A DNA stretch of 64,000 nt from contig NC_043000.1 of the NCBI RefSeq assembly GCF_006345805.1, positions 140,616,001 through 140,680,000 of the forward strand. The letters run 5' to 3'. The first letter of the stretch is position 1. The number at the start of each line of letters is the position of its first letter. This DNA comes from Octopus sinensis. Taxonomy: Eukaryota. A program made the translations under genes and the position numbers. The notes beneath the pieces were generated by a model. That model saw only the letters and a program-made list of their open reading frames with translations. It had not been told where the DNA came from and ran no database searches. Shown in pieces: positions 1 through 10,519 of this stretch.

Positions 1-799
1 ACGTTTCCAATCTTTCTTGAAACTGTTGTTATTTTTGATACCATGAGTACTCTAGAAATATAACAAAAGTTAAATCCAAAGATAGTTTAAAACTTGATGG
101 AGAATTGCTGACACTTCACATAGTTATGTGCAGTAGTAAGATACTACATGCTAAAGTTCTAAAAATAAATTCAATAATCATTGAGTTAACTCTTTTGAGG
201 CTACACTGTCCTGAAGCAGTTTTCCTGATGTCTGGTGCAATGAAATCTATAACTTTTCAAAGTACTGAAAATGGCTACTCTATATAACTATCTTAGTGTA
301 AGTTTAGTGATCATGGTTTGAAGTAAAGCTAGGTAATTTAAAATATGTAAAAGCTTGAAATATTTCAAACTTTGTTGCTAGCTTTTAGTTGTTGTCATGT
401 TTCAATGGCATTGAGAGTATAATTGAAAACTTTAAAATTATGGATTTACTTTTAAAGATCAAATAAAGTGATAATGCAAGGTATTTATATATTTCAAGAG
501 AAAACCTGACACTAGCATATTTTCTATGTACTTTTCTTTGACTGATTGCAGTAAGCTATAAAGAAAGGACATTCACCTATAAAGAATAACCAAGATTGAG
601 AAGGTGTGAGAAATAAAATATGGTCAAATATATTAACTGCATGTACAACTATGTTAATAAAAAAACAATCATATGTGTAGATGATAAAGATGACCAGAAA
701 GATGTGGAAGCTAGTAACAGAAATAATGATAATCATCTGAGGTGATCAAGCTCTGCTTGGATGTACATAAATGATGAGCACACACGAAGTGAGAGAGAA

Positions 800-1060
800 A
801 ATGAGCTTAGGAGGAATGAACTGTAGTGTGCAAGATATGGATATGTGATACATATGAAGGATAATATTTGGGTGAAAAAGTCAAGCAAAACAAATTGACG
901 GAGCCAGTGGAAAGGAAGAAATAGAAAGAGTGGTGAGACCTGATCTTAGTATACTGATTTTCACAAAGCAAATGAAAAGTAGTGAGATACTGGACAAGAG
1001 ATGACCCATCAACCCCATGCAATCATGAAAAAGGCAGACAAAATTATATGATATATTTTA
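800..1060 (+). mobile_element. Decayed 3' end of an RTE-clade LINE
   Basis: Degenerate translation resembling the RTE C-terminus (YVIHMKDNIWVKKS...VVRPDL), then CAACCCCATGCAATCATGAAAAAGG, similar to the family C tail. Confidence 0.55.
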
Positions 1061-1285
1061 CATAGTAATATATTCAAACATTATCATACCTTCTTTATCA
1101 AATAGTATCATATCCCACTGATCATATCATGTTGACAGATATCAGTGGTTCTCCTCATCCTGTCTATAATGTTCCTTTATCAATAGACTGACTACTACCA
1201 GTTTTGAAATTGAACCCTTGTCTAAATTTTGCTAACGATGAAGATGTGGATATTGATGTAGAGTGGTAAGAGATAAAAATCTTAC

Positions 1286-1331
1286 CTGTAGGCTTGTTGT
1301 TCTGACACCTCCATTATGGTGAAACTTTAGT
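1286..1331 (-). other. Candidate 46-nt exon of an unidentified transcript
   Basis: Minus strand TTTTTTTTCCTGCTATTTTTCTTGCTCAG|...CTACAG|GTAAG; reads xLKFHHNGGVRTTSLQ or starts ATG MEVSEQQAY. Confidence 0.4.
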
Positions 1332-2147
1332 CTGAGCAAGAAAAATAGCAGGAAAAAAAATATTTACACCAACAACTTTAATAGAATATTCAATAAAAAA
1401 AAAAAAGAAAGATTAGAAAAAGCCATGTCATTATTTCCTTCAATAAGTACTTCTTCCTTTATGCAAGCTACTGTTAAGACTATCCATATATAATCTTGCT
1501 TCTTAACATAATTCCCAGGAAGTATTTTACATCTAGACAGCAAATGATAGGCTGTCTCTAATGCTATATAGCCTGAATAAGTCTTATATTATTTCTATCT
1601 CTCTCAAATTCTCCCATCCTCTAGTTTCTACCTTATTTTCTTGTATAATAATGATGGTGGGACAAGTTAATCAGGAATTAAAGAGATGGTGAAATGTCTA
1701 CGATATTATTCATTTCAATAGTTAAATAATTCATTCTATAAAGTTTTTCCTTTATACACTTTAAACATTATACTGCTTCAGATTTCTCTCAATGCATCAG
1801 ATTTCTTTCCATATGTCATTTATTTTTTTACCACATTCAACTTTTCTACATTCATTTTTTCTATTTTTCTCATCATCAAATATCACTTCTTCCTTTCTAC
1901 TGAATATTGTATAAACAGATTTACTTTTACTAGCACAGTATTATTTCCCCTGTTCTATCTCTGCCAAGTAATTCTTATCTATATAAATTTTTATCAATGC
2001 TTTATAACATGCCACTCTATCTTTTGCTTACACATATATTCTTTCATACGTTTGACATCACTGGATGTTACTGTTTTACTTTTTGAGCACACTTATACTA
2101 AATAGGATTCTCCCTGTGGAGTATATATATATATATATATATAACTT

Positions 2148-2530
2148 GGGAAAACAAATTTCCAAATCAATCAGGTGTAACTCTACAGAGTTATATGAAT
2201 CTACATATCGTACTTTGGGGTCTTATTTATCGTATATTTACATATTTATCTATAAATATACAAAGAATCTGATAAAATTAAATATTCAATTTTTGAGGAT
2301 TAATTGGTATGCAGGTATTCTATTTCAGATAATACAAAAAAAACCTAATGAGTATATCCGACAGTAAACACATGGTATCATTTTGCACATCACAAAATAA
2401 TACTTAAATGATATAACCAAAATTTCCAGCTGGGTATATAGTGTACTTCATTAATTATATCATAATTTTAGTTAATACTTATATTTATTAAATATGAAGG
2501 AACTACACATGTTTAAGTATTGGAAGATTA
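2148..2530 (+). mobile_element. (TA)n-flanked AT-rich element with a possible hammerhead relic
   Basis: Bounded by TA tracts; AGAAT-CTGATAA-hairpin-GGTA-TGCA-G-GTA-TTCT at 2264-2321. Confidence 0.35.
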
Positions 2531-2564
2531 TAATATATATACATATAAACAACTGTATACCCAT

Positions 2565-2716
2565 ATCATCATCATCATCATCATCTTCATTTAACGTCCG
2601 CTTTCCATGCTAGCATGGGTTGGACGGTTCAACTGGGGTCTGGGGAGTCCGAAAGCTGCACCAGTCCAGTCAGATCTGGCAGTGTTTCTACAGCTGGATG
2701 CCTTTCCTAACGCCAC
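2565..2716 (-). mobile_element. Family C SINE-like repeat, 3' fragment with (GAT)n tail
   Basis: Nearly identical to 14830-14980 and to the reverse complement of 9740-9900. Confidence 0.85.
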
Positions 2717-3235
2717 ATATATAAATACATATATGCAATCGCCAGATTTACAATTATTCCCACACATTTTCAGGTTCTATTTCAAAATATTATATATCTA
2801 ATTTTACATCCCTTTAAAAATAAGCAATACAATTAAGCATTAAAGATTAAAAATTGCGAATTAAAAATTAAGAATAAAAATTATACTTTGTAATATTAAG
2901 AATTAAGATTTATAAATTATACATTATGAATATGAATTAGTATTTATATCAATCACGTAAAATCAAGTATATGTCAAATACAGAATGTGAGATATAAGAT
3001 TAAACATCAGAATAAAAAATGTCTGTGTTTAAATGTGATATATAACAAGAAAAAATCATATACTTATCTTCCTTTTTTAGCTGGTACTAAAATGGTGATT
3101 TGAGGAAGAAGATAGCAGGGAACTATGGGTATTTATAGGTGATCAGTACCAAGCAGGGTAATTACACTATACATAGTTTTAATTTCGAATTATCCTTTAT
3201 TATTATTTTAAAATTTACCTATATTGGGAGGTACA

Positions 3236-3467
3236 AAGGTGGTGAGCTGGCAGGAACGTTAGCACGCTGGACAAAATGCGTAGCCGTATTTCGTCTGCTG
3301 CTACGTTCTGGGTTCAAATTCCGCCGAGGTCGACTTTGCCTTTCATCCTTTCGGGGTCGATAAATTAAGTACCAGTTATGCACTGGGGTCGATGTAATCG
3401 ACTTAATCCATTTGTCTGTCCTTGTTTGTCCCCTCTGTGTTTAGCCCCTTGTGGGTAGTAAAGAAAT
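3236..3467 (+). mobile_element. Family B SINE (~230 bp)
   Basis: Head AAGGTGGTGAGCTGGCAG, B-box-like GGTTCAAATTCC, core GAGGTCGACTTTGCCTTTCATCCTTTCGGGGTCGATAAA; more than 8 copies in the window. Confidence 0.9.
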
Positions 3468-3924
3468 ATATACTGGGAGGTATATCTAATTTGTTATTAT
3501 ATAAAGAATAAAAAGTTTTGAATGGTACAACAATGCACTATAATATAAAAAAAATGGACTATATACCTGTTGTAATTTAGTTATCCATAGTCTGATGATA
3601 TTTCAGAATACAATTCCTTCTTCTGATATTCTTAGATTGATTTCCTGCTATAATCGATTTTCCAATGGCTTTTTTTTCAGAAGCATCTCAGCAGTGGTCT
3701 CATGAAGATCCTTCCGGAATTCCTCATGAGAAGTGTGTGAAGTAGGCTATGTCTCAATCTCGTTGTGTTGGTACATCTGTAATGCTGCTTCTAAGTTACA
3801 TATTATACGTGCAGCTTCTTTTTCTGTTCCCCTTTTTTTCCTCTTCTCTTTTTTTTTGTTATAAACAATAGAGGAGCATATCAAAAATGAACCTACTCAC
3901 ATCCAGATGTAGCTAAATATTATA

Positions 3925-4510
3925 TTGATTACTAACCTCCAGCCTGTTGTTAATTTAGGGTCCTAGTCTGTGTATGAGTATAGCTTCCTTAATTCTTAAA
4001 TTACCCAAATTTCTTTCATTGGCCTCAATTGCGACTGTTATGCTTTTGTTGGTGTTCCAGAATCTGTCTAGATGTTTTCTGAAGGAGGAGGCTTTCGTGT
4101 TCAGATGTTCTTTGATGTGGACGTGTAATGGTCTTGTTGTGCTACCCACATAGAACTTGTTGCATTTGTTACATTGTATTCTATACACAACATTAACCCG
4201 TTGACATAAATCTGTGTCATGAATGAGACAATTTGTTAGTGTGCATTGATTGTTGTCCCTTGTTCGTTTCCTTGTGAGGTGTCCTCTCAGAGAGGGGCCG
4301 GAGTGGCTAGTTGTATGTCTAGCCCTTCTCTTCTTATGGCTCTTCGGGTAGCTGTAGTTATCTTCTTGCTAAAATGGGGTATTTTAAGGAAGCATGTGTT
4401 GCTGGATTTTCTATGAGTTCAGCATGTTGGTCGTCTTGGGTACTTAAGCCTATTTACAATGGAACTAAGGTACTCGTTGGTTTTCAATGTATCTAGGAAG
4501 TGTGTAGTGT
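3925..4510 (-). pseudogene. Penelope-like element C-terminal fragment with GIY-YIG endonuclease
   Basis: VVYRIQCNKCNKFYVGSTTRPLHVHIKEH GIY-YIG motif with CxxC, preceded by a Cys-containing linker (NQCTLTNCLIHDTDLCQRVN); internal stops. Confidence 0.9.
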
Positions 4511-4561
4511 GGGTCACCTTGTCCTCCATTCTGCTGCATTTGTTATTTGGTGACCCTGTTG

Positions 4562-4752
4562 GTGGTGGTGCCATGTAAAAAGCACCGGTACTGTCTGTAA
4601 AGTGGTTGGCATTAAGAAGAGCATCCAGCTGTAGAAATCATACCAAAACAAGACAATGGAGCCTGGTATGGTTCCTTGCCTTACCAGCTCCTGCCAAACC
4701 ATCCAATCCATGCCAGAATAGAAACAGAAGTTAAATAATGATGATGATGATA
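4562..4752 (+). mobile_element. Family C repeat, diverged
   Basis: AGTGGTTGGCATTAAGAAGAGCATCCAGCTGTAGAAA and (GAT)n tail. Confidence 0.75.
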
Positions 4753-4834
4753 TATATATAGTGGCTTGCCAGCTCTTCCATGCCTGCATGGAAAATAGTT
4801 GTTAAATAGTAACGATGAGGATAACAATGACATA

Positions 4835-4881
<47 letters not shown>

Positions 4882-5143
4882 ATAATTATCATCATCAATA
4901 TCTGCTTACAGATTGCATATGCAATGTGTTTATTAATTGGTTAATTTATTTTTTGAAATCTCTTGCTTTTCTGGATTGTCATTTAAGCATTTACTAACAA
5001 AACCAAGAGAACCAATTGTTATGGGTATAAATGTGAATTTATTACTGGGGTATAGAAGATGAAGGTTTCAAAGCAGTTTTCCATCATTATCTTCTTTCAG
5101 TTTGATTGTTTTAAGAGATATACACATCAGCAGGACAGCTTAC

Positions 5144-5223
5144 CTGCATGACAATACATATTTATTCTTATCAGACCCAAACAACTATATATGGCCTGTT
5201 ATGTTTGTACTGAACACTGAAGA
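5144..5223 (-). other. Candidate 80-nt non-coding exon
   Basis: TTGTTTTCTTAAACAG|...CATGCAG|GTAAG; stops in all three frames. Confidence 0.3.
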
Positions 5224-6145
5224 CTGTTTAAGAAAACAATTGATAGCAAGGTTGTAACATCTTTTCCATGGTGACTGTTTGGTAAAATTTAGTTATGGAT
5301 AATATTTTCCCATATTTACTAGCATAAAAAAAAATTACCAAGAGAGGAAGGGAGAAGAGGAGAGAGGGAGAGAGAGGGGGAGAAAAAAGGGTGAGTAGAG
5401 AGAGAGGGAGAGAGAGGGAAGGGATTTAAAGAAATGTCCCTTGCAAATAATCAAATGGCTTTTTCTCCACATCACATGACATCAGTCAGCTGTGACATAT
5501 TCCAAAATGCAAACAAGCAATTAGATGAAAGCCTGAAAGCTTTGCTCAGTAATCTGCAATTAAACTGGGATTCAGATATTTAATGAAATGATTAAATCCA
5601 AACAGATTGAATTAGTGCCAATCAGTTAGGTTTTGTAAATTTACATTTGGATCATAAAATGTTTAATTGTTTGTCACTTGGATATTAAAGCAGCAGTAAT
5701 CATGATGATGGTGATGATGATGATGATTTATTTTGATGTAGTACAAGACCATTGGAATATATGAGTGAGTCACAACTGAATTGAACCCTAGAATATTACT
5801 GATATTACTGGAAGGATGTAAACTTGGTAGACGAAATTTCTTGCCTGGTTTAGCATCACCACAGGACACCTTGAGTGGCTTCCATGAAGTCTACTCTGTT
5901 GCAAGCATCAGTTCTCTGGTTTAAGGACATATTCTTCTCTCCCTCCCACTAATTTTGGTGGCCCTGTGATGAAGCATGGGCACTACTTTCTCTACTGACT
6001 ATATAATAAAAGAAAAACTAACCCCGCCCCCACTACCACCACCATGAGTTGCTGATACTTTTTACTTTAGCCATTAGAATGATAAAAAATCAACACAACT
6101 CTGGATTTCAGTTGAAAATGTTGAGAGGTTAAGCATAATGTGAAA

Positions 6146-6537
6146 TCTCTCTCTCTATAAAGCTGAAGTTGTCAGTGTATGGCAGGTTTGGTAGCCTTCA
6201 ACTAACACTATCTCCTCCAAGACCCTTCAGTGCAAGTTGACCAAAATTGAGAGTATGATAGAAGAAGGATTGCTCTTCCTTCTGTAGAAGAAAAAATTCA
6301 AATCGGACTATGTTTACACCAAAAATTATTTACATCAAAAAGGTGCTTTTTTTCTATGAAAATCCCTATTTTTTACGATTTTTTGGCTGCTTTGTTGCCA
6401 TTTTTCGGTGTATTTCAACCAGAAAAATGTTCACTTAAAGAGAATAACAAGCTACATAATGCGAAATTTTCACTTTTCAAAAATTCCAATTCTAAAGGGT
6501 CGAAACAAACCCGAGCAATGCCGGGCGACACTGCTAG
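6146..6537 (+). mobile_element. Non-autonomous Helitron (~390 bp)
   Basis: A|TCTCTCTCTCTATAAAG 5' end; subterminal hairpin CCCGAGC-AAT-GCCGGG (6510-6525); CTAG|T 3' end; A/T target. Confidence 0.65.
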
Positions 6538-6639
6538 TAATTTATAAGATGCTTTGTTATTTTTACAATATACTGGTTTTTAAAATCCCAGACTGTTTCT
6601 GACAATCTACCAAACTTAGTAATAATCCTTTCTAGAATA

Positions 6640-7045
6640 GGCACCTGGCCTGAAATTTTATAGAGATTGTGTCTGTCAATTACATCAACTGGTACATACT
6701 TTATCAACTCTGAAGTATGAGAAGCAAAGTCAGCCTTGTTGGAGTTTGAACTCAGTATGTAAAGTCAGGAAAATGCAGCAAACATTTTTACCCTGCATGC
6801 TAACAGTTCTGCCAGCAAGGTGAATATTAATCTTCATGATAGTAATAATAATAAAGGCAGCAATCAGGCAAAATGCTTAGTGTCATTCCATTTGTCTTTA
6901 CATTCTGAGTTCAAATTCCACCAAGACCATCTTTCCCTTTCATCCTATTGGGGTTGATAAAATAAGTACCAGCTGAGCAGTGGGGTTGATTTATTCACCT
7001 CCCTTGAAATTGTTGGCTTTGTGCCAAAATTTGAAACCAACAATA
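6640..7045. mobile_element. Two degenerate family B copies in opposite orientation
   Basis: Partial matches to the B core on the minus strand (6640-6815) and plus strand (6855-7040). Confidence 0.6.
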
Positions 7046-7215
7046 ATGATAATAATTCTAAGTTGGTTCTGACATTATATTACCTAGGCTTTGATAAAAG
7101 AACACTTTGATTCATTGTTGTATCATTCCATTGAATTACTGAAAATTGGTAAATTATCATATGAGAAAATATACTGCATTAAACCATCATCCTATTCACA
7201 ATATTTATTTCACAT

Positions 7216-7579
7216 CGTAGGAGTGGCTGTGTGGTAAGTACATGGTTCCTGGTTCAGTCCCACTGCATGGCAACTTGGGCAAGTTTCTTCTACTATAGCT
7301 TCGAGCCAACCAAATCATTGTGAGTGGATTTGGTAGACGGAAACTGAAAGAAGCCCATCGTATATATGTATATATGTGTTTGTCCCTCCAACATTGCTGG
7401 ACAACCGATGCTGGTGTGTTTATGTCCCCGTAACTTAGCGGTTCAGCAAAAGAGACCAATAGAATAAATACCAGGCTTACAAAGAATAAGTCCTGGGGTC
7501 GAAGTGCTCGATTAAAGGTGGTCCTCCAGCATGGCCACAGTCAAATGACTGAAACAAGTAAAAGAGTGTAAAAAGAGAG
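7216..7579 (+). mobile_element. Family A tRNA-derived SINE
   Basis: A-box TGGCTGTGTGG, B-box GGTTCAGTCCC, internal (TA) tract, GTAAAAGAG tail. Confidence 0.9.
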
Positions 7580-7959
7580 TATCGAATTCTATGTATAAAT
7601 TAAAGCAAAGAAATGGTCCTTAAAATTCTCAACAGAAAGGTGATATCTCATCCCTGTTAGTATAAAAGACTTTCTCATAGTTGTCAAGAACTACTACCAA
7701 TCCCAACAGCAACACTGTATCTTGTCATTGCTATTGTGGACGACCTCTCCCTATTTAGTTGTCACATTCGAACACACAGACACAGTCTTTTCAGTTTCTT
7801 GACCGTTAATTCTTGCTATCTCTCTCTGCCTTCAAAACACACTTTCACGCATTCAAAGACGCACACACATACATTAAGGCAATTTTTCACACTCATACAT
7901 TCTAGCACTCATTCATAAAATAAATCAAATATAAACACCAGTCATACAGAATACATTCA

Positions 7960-8298
7960 CACTCTTTAATTTTCCTATACCTTCCTTCTACTACCTTGAT
8001 TCTGACCTTGAACTATCTCAACGGACAATCTCTTCTGCTTTCATCCAATCCGGCGTCAACCCATATAAATAGACATTTTTTTATCATTAATTTCATGGGC
8101 TCCTCGTGAGCAGTTGTTGAAAAGCTTGTTGTGCATTTTGTTGGAGAATTAAGTTCCTGGATTTTCCTGAAGAGAAAGCTGCATAATGGACTCCTTATTC
8201 AATCGGAATTAGGGAGTTTGCAGACTTCGAAACATATGTCGAAAATAAAATAAAGGAATTTTGTTAAATCTTCGTTCAGCTCCATTCTTTCCTATACT
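7960..8298 (+). mobile_element. Short PLE-terminal-repeat/retrozyme-like element ending at (TA)n
   Basis: Contains a canonical hammerhead and a TATAAATA upstream of it; the 3' end abuts the TA tract; 5' boundary uncertain. Confidence 0.6.
8161..8246 (+). ncRNA. Type I hammerhead ribozyme, canonical core
   Basis: Stem I ATTTTC/GAAAAT; CTGAAGA 8167-8173; long stem II closed by G-C; GAAA 8229-8232; C-ATAT-G; GTC cleavage triplet 8238-8240. Confidence 0.9.
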
Positions 8299-8314
8299 TT
8301 ATATATATATATAT

Positions 8315-8560
8315 ATATAATAATAATAAATATTAGGGAATAAATCCAAATTTACAGGGTAAAATCAGATTTAGGATTGAATCCAATTTTATAGTAAAAT
8401 ATCATATAATATTAATTAGAGACAAAACCACTATTATGCAAATCAAATAAAGAAAGACTTAATCCAATACATAAAAATTTTTATATAAATTAAATATAAT
8501 TAAGATATCCACTACGATCGTTTCTTGTCACTTTTATGGACATTCATCAGGTGGTTTCAA
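8315..8560 (-). mobile_element. AT-rich hammerhead-bearing element ending at (TA)n
   Basis: Closely similar to 45487-45724; 3' terminal part also at ~48940-49010. Confidence 0.8.
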
Positions 8561-8704
8561 GACCTTCTATGCAATTTTGAACTATGAAGAAACGATCGTA
8601 GTGGATATCTTAATTAATTTATATAAAATTTTTTTATGTATTGGATTAAGTCTTTCTTTATTTGATTTGCATAATAGTGGTTTTGTCTCGAATTAATATT
8701 ATAT
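8404..8704. repeat. Inverted repeat, ~120-bp arms (8404-8526 / 8587-8704), 60-nt spacer
   Basis: Arms are reverse complements with only a few mismatches or indels. Confidence 0.95.
8509..8554 (-). ncRNA. Minimal type I hammerhead ribozyme
   Basis: CCAC-CTGATGA-A-TGTC-cataaaagt-GACA-A-GAAA-C-GATC-G-TA-GTGG; A.A mismatch at the base of stem II. Confidence 0.75.
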
Positions 8705-8729
8705 TATATATATATATATATATATATTA

Positions 8730-9902
8730 CCGTTGGCACACAAGAAAACCATCCGAACGTGGCCGTAGCCAGTACCGCATCGACTGGCCTCTGTGACGTG
8801 GGCACATAACAAACACCATCCGATCGTGGCCGTTCGCCAGCCTCATCTGGCACCTGTGTCGGTGGCACATAAAAACACCAACCGAAGACCCGGCAAGACT
8901 AGTCAGGCCATAACCCGTGGCCCCTACTTGGGACGTAGTCAGTCCCCTGTGCATACCTTCCTTCCTTCCTGTGACACTTGTGAAGACCTGTGAAGACCTG
9001 TTGAGGCAAGTGAAAATCAAATCAAATCAAATCAAAATAGATGAACATCAATGGAATTTGTATCTTTGTGGTACCAGTGCCGGTGGCACACAAGAAAACC
9101 ATCCGAACGTGGCCGTGCCGGTGACACACAAGAAAACCATCCGAACGTGGCCGTAGCCAGTACCGCATCGACTGGCCTCCGTGCTGTGGGCACGTAACAA
9201 ACACCATCCGATCGTGGCCGTTCGCCAGCCTCATCTGGCACCTGTGTCGGTGGCACATAAAAACACCATCCGAAGACCCGGCAAGACTAGTCAGGCCATA
9301 ACCCGTGCCCCTACCTGGGACGTAGTCAGTCCACCTGTGCATACCTTCCTTCTTGTGACACTTGTGAAGACCTGTTGAGGCAAGTGAAAATCAAATCAAA
9401 ACAAATCAAAATAGATGAACATCAATGGAATTTGTATCTTTGTGGTACCAGTGCCGGTGGCACACAAGAAAATCATCCGAACGTGGCCGTAGCCAGTACC
9501 GCATAGACTGGCCTCCGTGCTTTGGGGACGTAACAAACACCATCCGATCGTGGCCGTCCGCCAGCCTCATCTGGCACCTGTGTCGGTGGCACATAAAAAC
9601 ACCATCCGAGCGTGGCCGTCTGCCAGCCTCGTCTGGCACCTGTGTCGGTGGCACATAAAAACACCATCCGAGCGTGGCCGTTCGCCAGCCTCGTCTGGCA
9701 CCTGTGTCGGTGGCACATAAAATCACCCACTACACTCTCGGAGTGGTTGGCGTTAGGAAGGGCATCCAGCTGTAGAAACACTGCCAGATCTGACTGGCCT
9801 GGTGCAGCCTTCGGGCTCCCCAGACCCCAGTTGAACTGTCCAACCCATGCTAGCATGGAAAACGGACGCTAAATGATGATGATGATGATGATGATGATGA
9901 TT
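8730..9902 (+). repeat. Composite family C element with 62-bp internal minisatellite and ~374-bp higher-order units
   Basis: ACATAAAA recurs at 9591, 9653 and 9715; ATAGATGAACATCAATGG recurs at 9037 and 9411; ends in (GAT)n. Confidence 0.9.
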
Positions 9903-9924
9903 ATATATATATATATATATATAT

Positions 9925-10258
9925 ATAGGTAATAAGCTTGCTTCCCAGATACATGATTCTGGGTTCAGTCCGATTGCTTGGCACCTTTGGCAAGTGTTTT
10001 CTTCTATAGCCTTGGGCTGACCAAAGCCTTGTGAGTGGATTTGGTAGATGGAAACTGAAAGAAGCCTGTTGTGTGTGTACCATGTCTTTGTGTCTGTGTT
10101 TGTCTCCCCACCATCATTTGACAACCAATGTTGGCATGTTTACGTCCTTGTAACTTAGCAGTTCAACAAAAGTTACCAATAGAATAAGTGCTAGGCTTAC
10201 AAAGAATAAATTCTGGGGTCAATTTCTTCAACTAAAACCCTTTGAGGTGGTGCTCAGT
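9925..10258 (+). mobile_element. Family A SINE, diverged and truncated
   Basis: Alignable to other A copies throughout. Confidence 0.8.
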
Positions 10259-10261
10259 TTA

Positions 10262-10440
10262 AGCTATCTTTTCGTGGAATGAGGTTTATGTTCCTATTAC
10301 CTGTGTTAATTCTGTAACCTTTTAAAATGGAAGCGAAGAAAGTTCATTTTCGGCACATAAAGGGAAAAACACCTCACAAGCAACCAAAGAAATATGCGCA
10401 GTTTATGGTGATGTTTCTTTATGTTGGTGCTGTCTTACCA
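10262..10440 (+). pseudogene. Mariner transposase N-terminal fragment
   Basis: MEAKKVHFRHI then, after a frameshift, GKNTSQATKEICAVYGD, matching the mariner N-terminal HTH pattern. Confidence 0.7.
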
Positions 10441-10519
10441 TTTCTATCAATATATATATATATATATGAATTTCTCGGTGTGAGTATGTTTGTATATTTA
10501 AATATATATATGCTTATGT

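Noticed and set aside
524-736. Hydrophobic 70-aa ORF as a membrane protein
   Set aside because: Composition is explained by the T-rich strand of AT-rich DNA; no motif or consistent splice structure
5461-5640. E-box/CRE-like motif cluster as an enhancer
   Set aside because: Short motifs cannot be distinguished from chance without conservation or chromatin data
9370-9392. CTGTTGAGGCAAGTGAAA as a hammerhead core in the 374-bp unit
   Set aside because: Core mismatch, no stem II, no stem I or III
9530-9722. 62-bp hairpin-containing repeats as a CRISPR array
   Set aside because: Units are contiguous with no unique spacers, there are no cas genes, and the context is a eukaryotic retroposon
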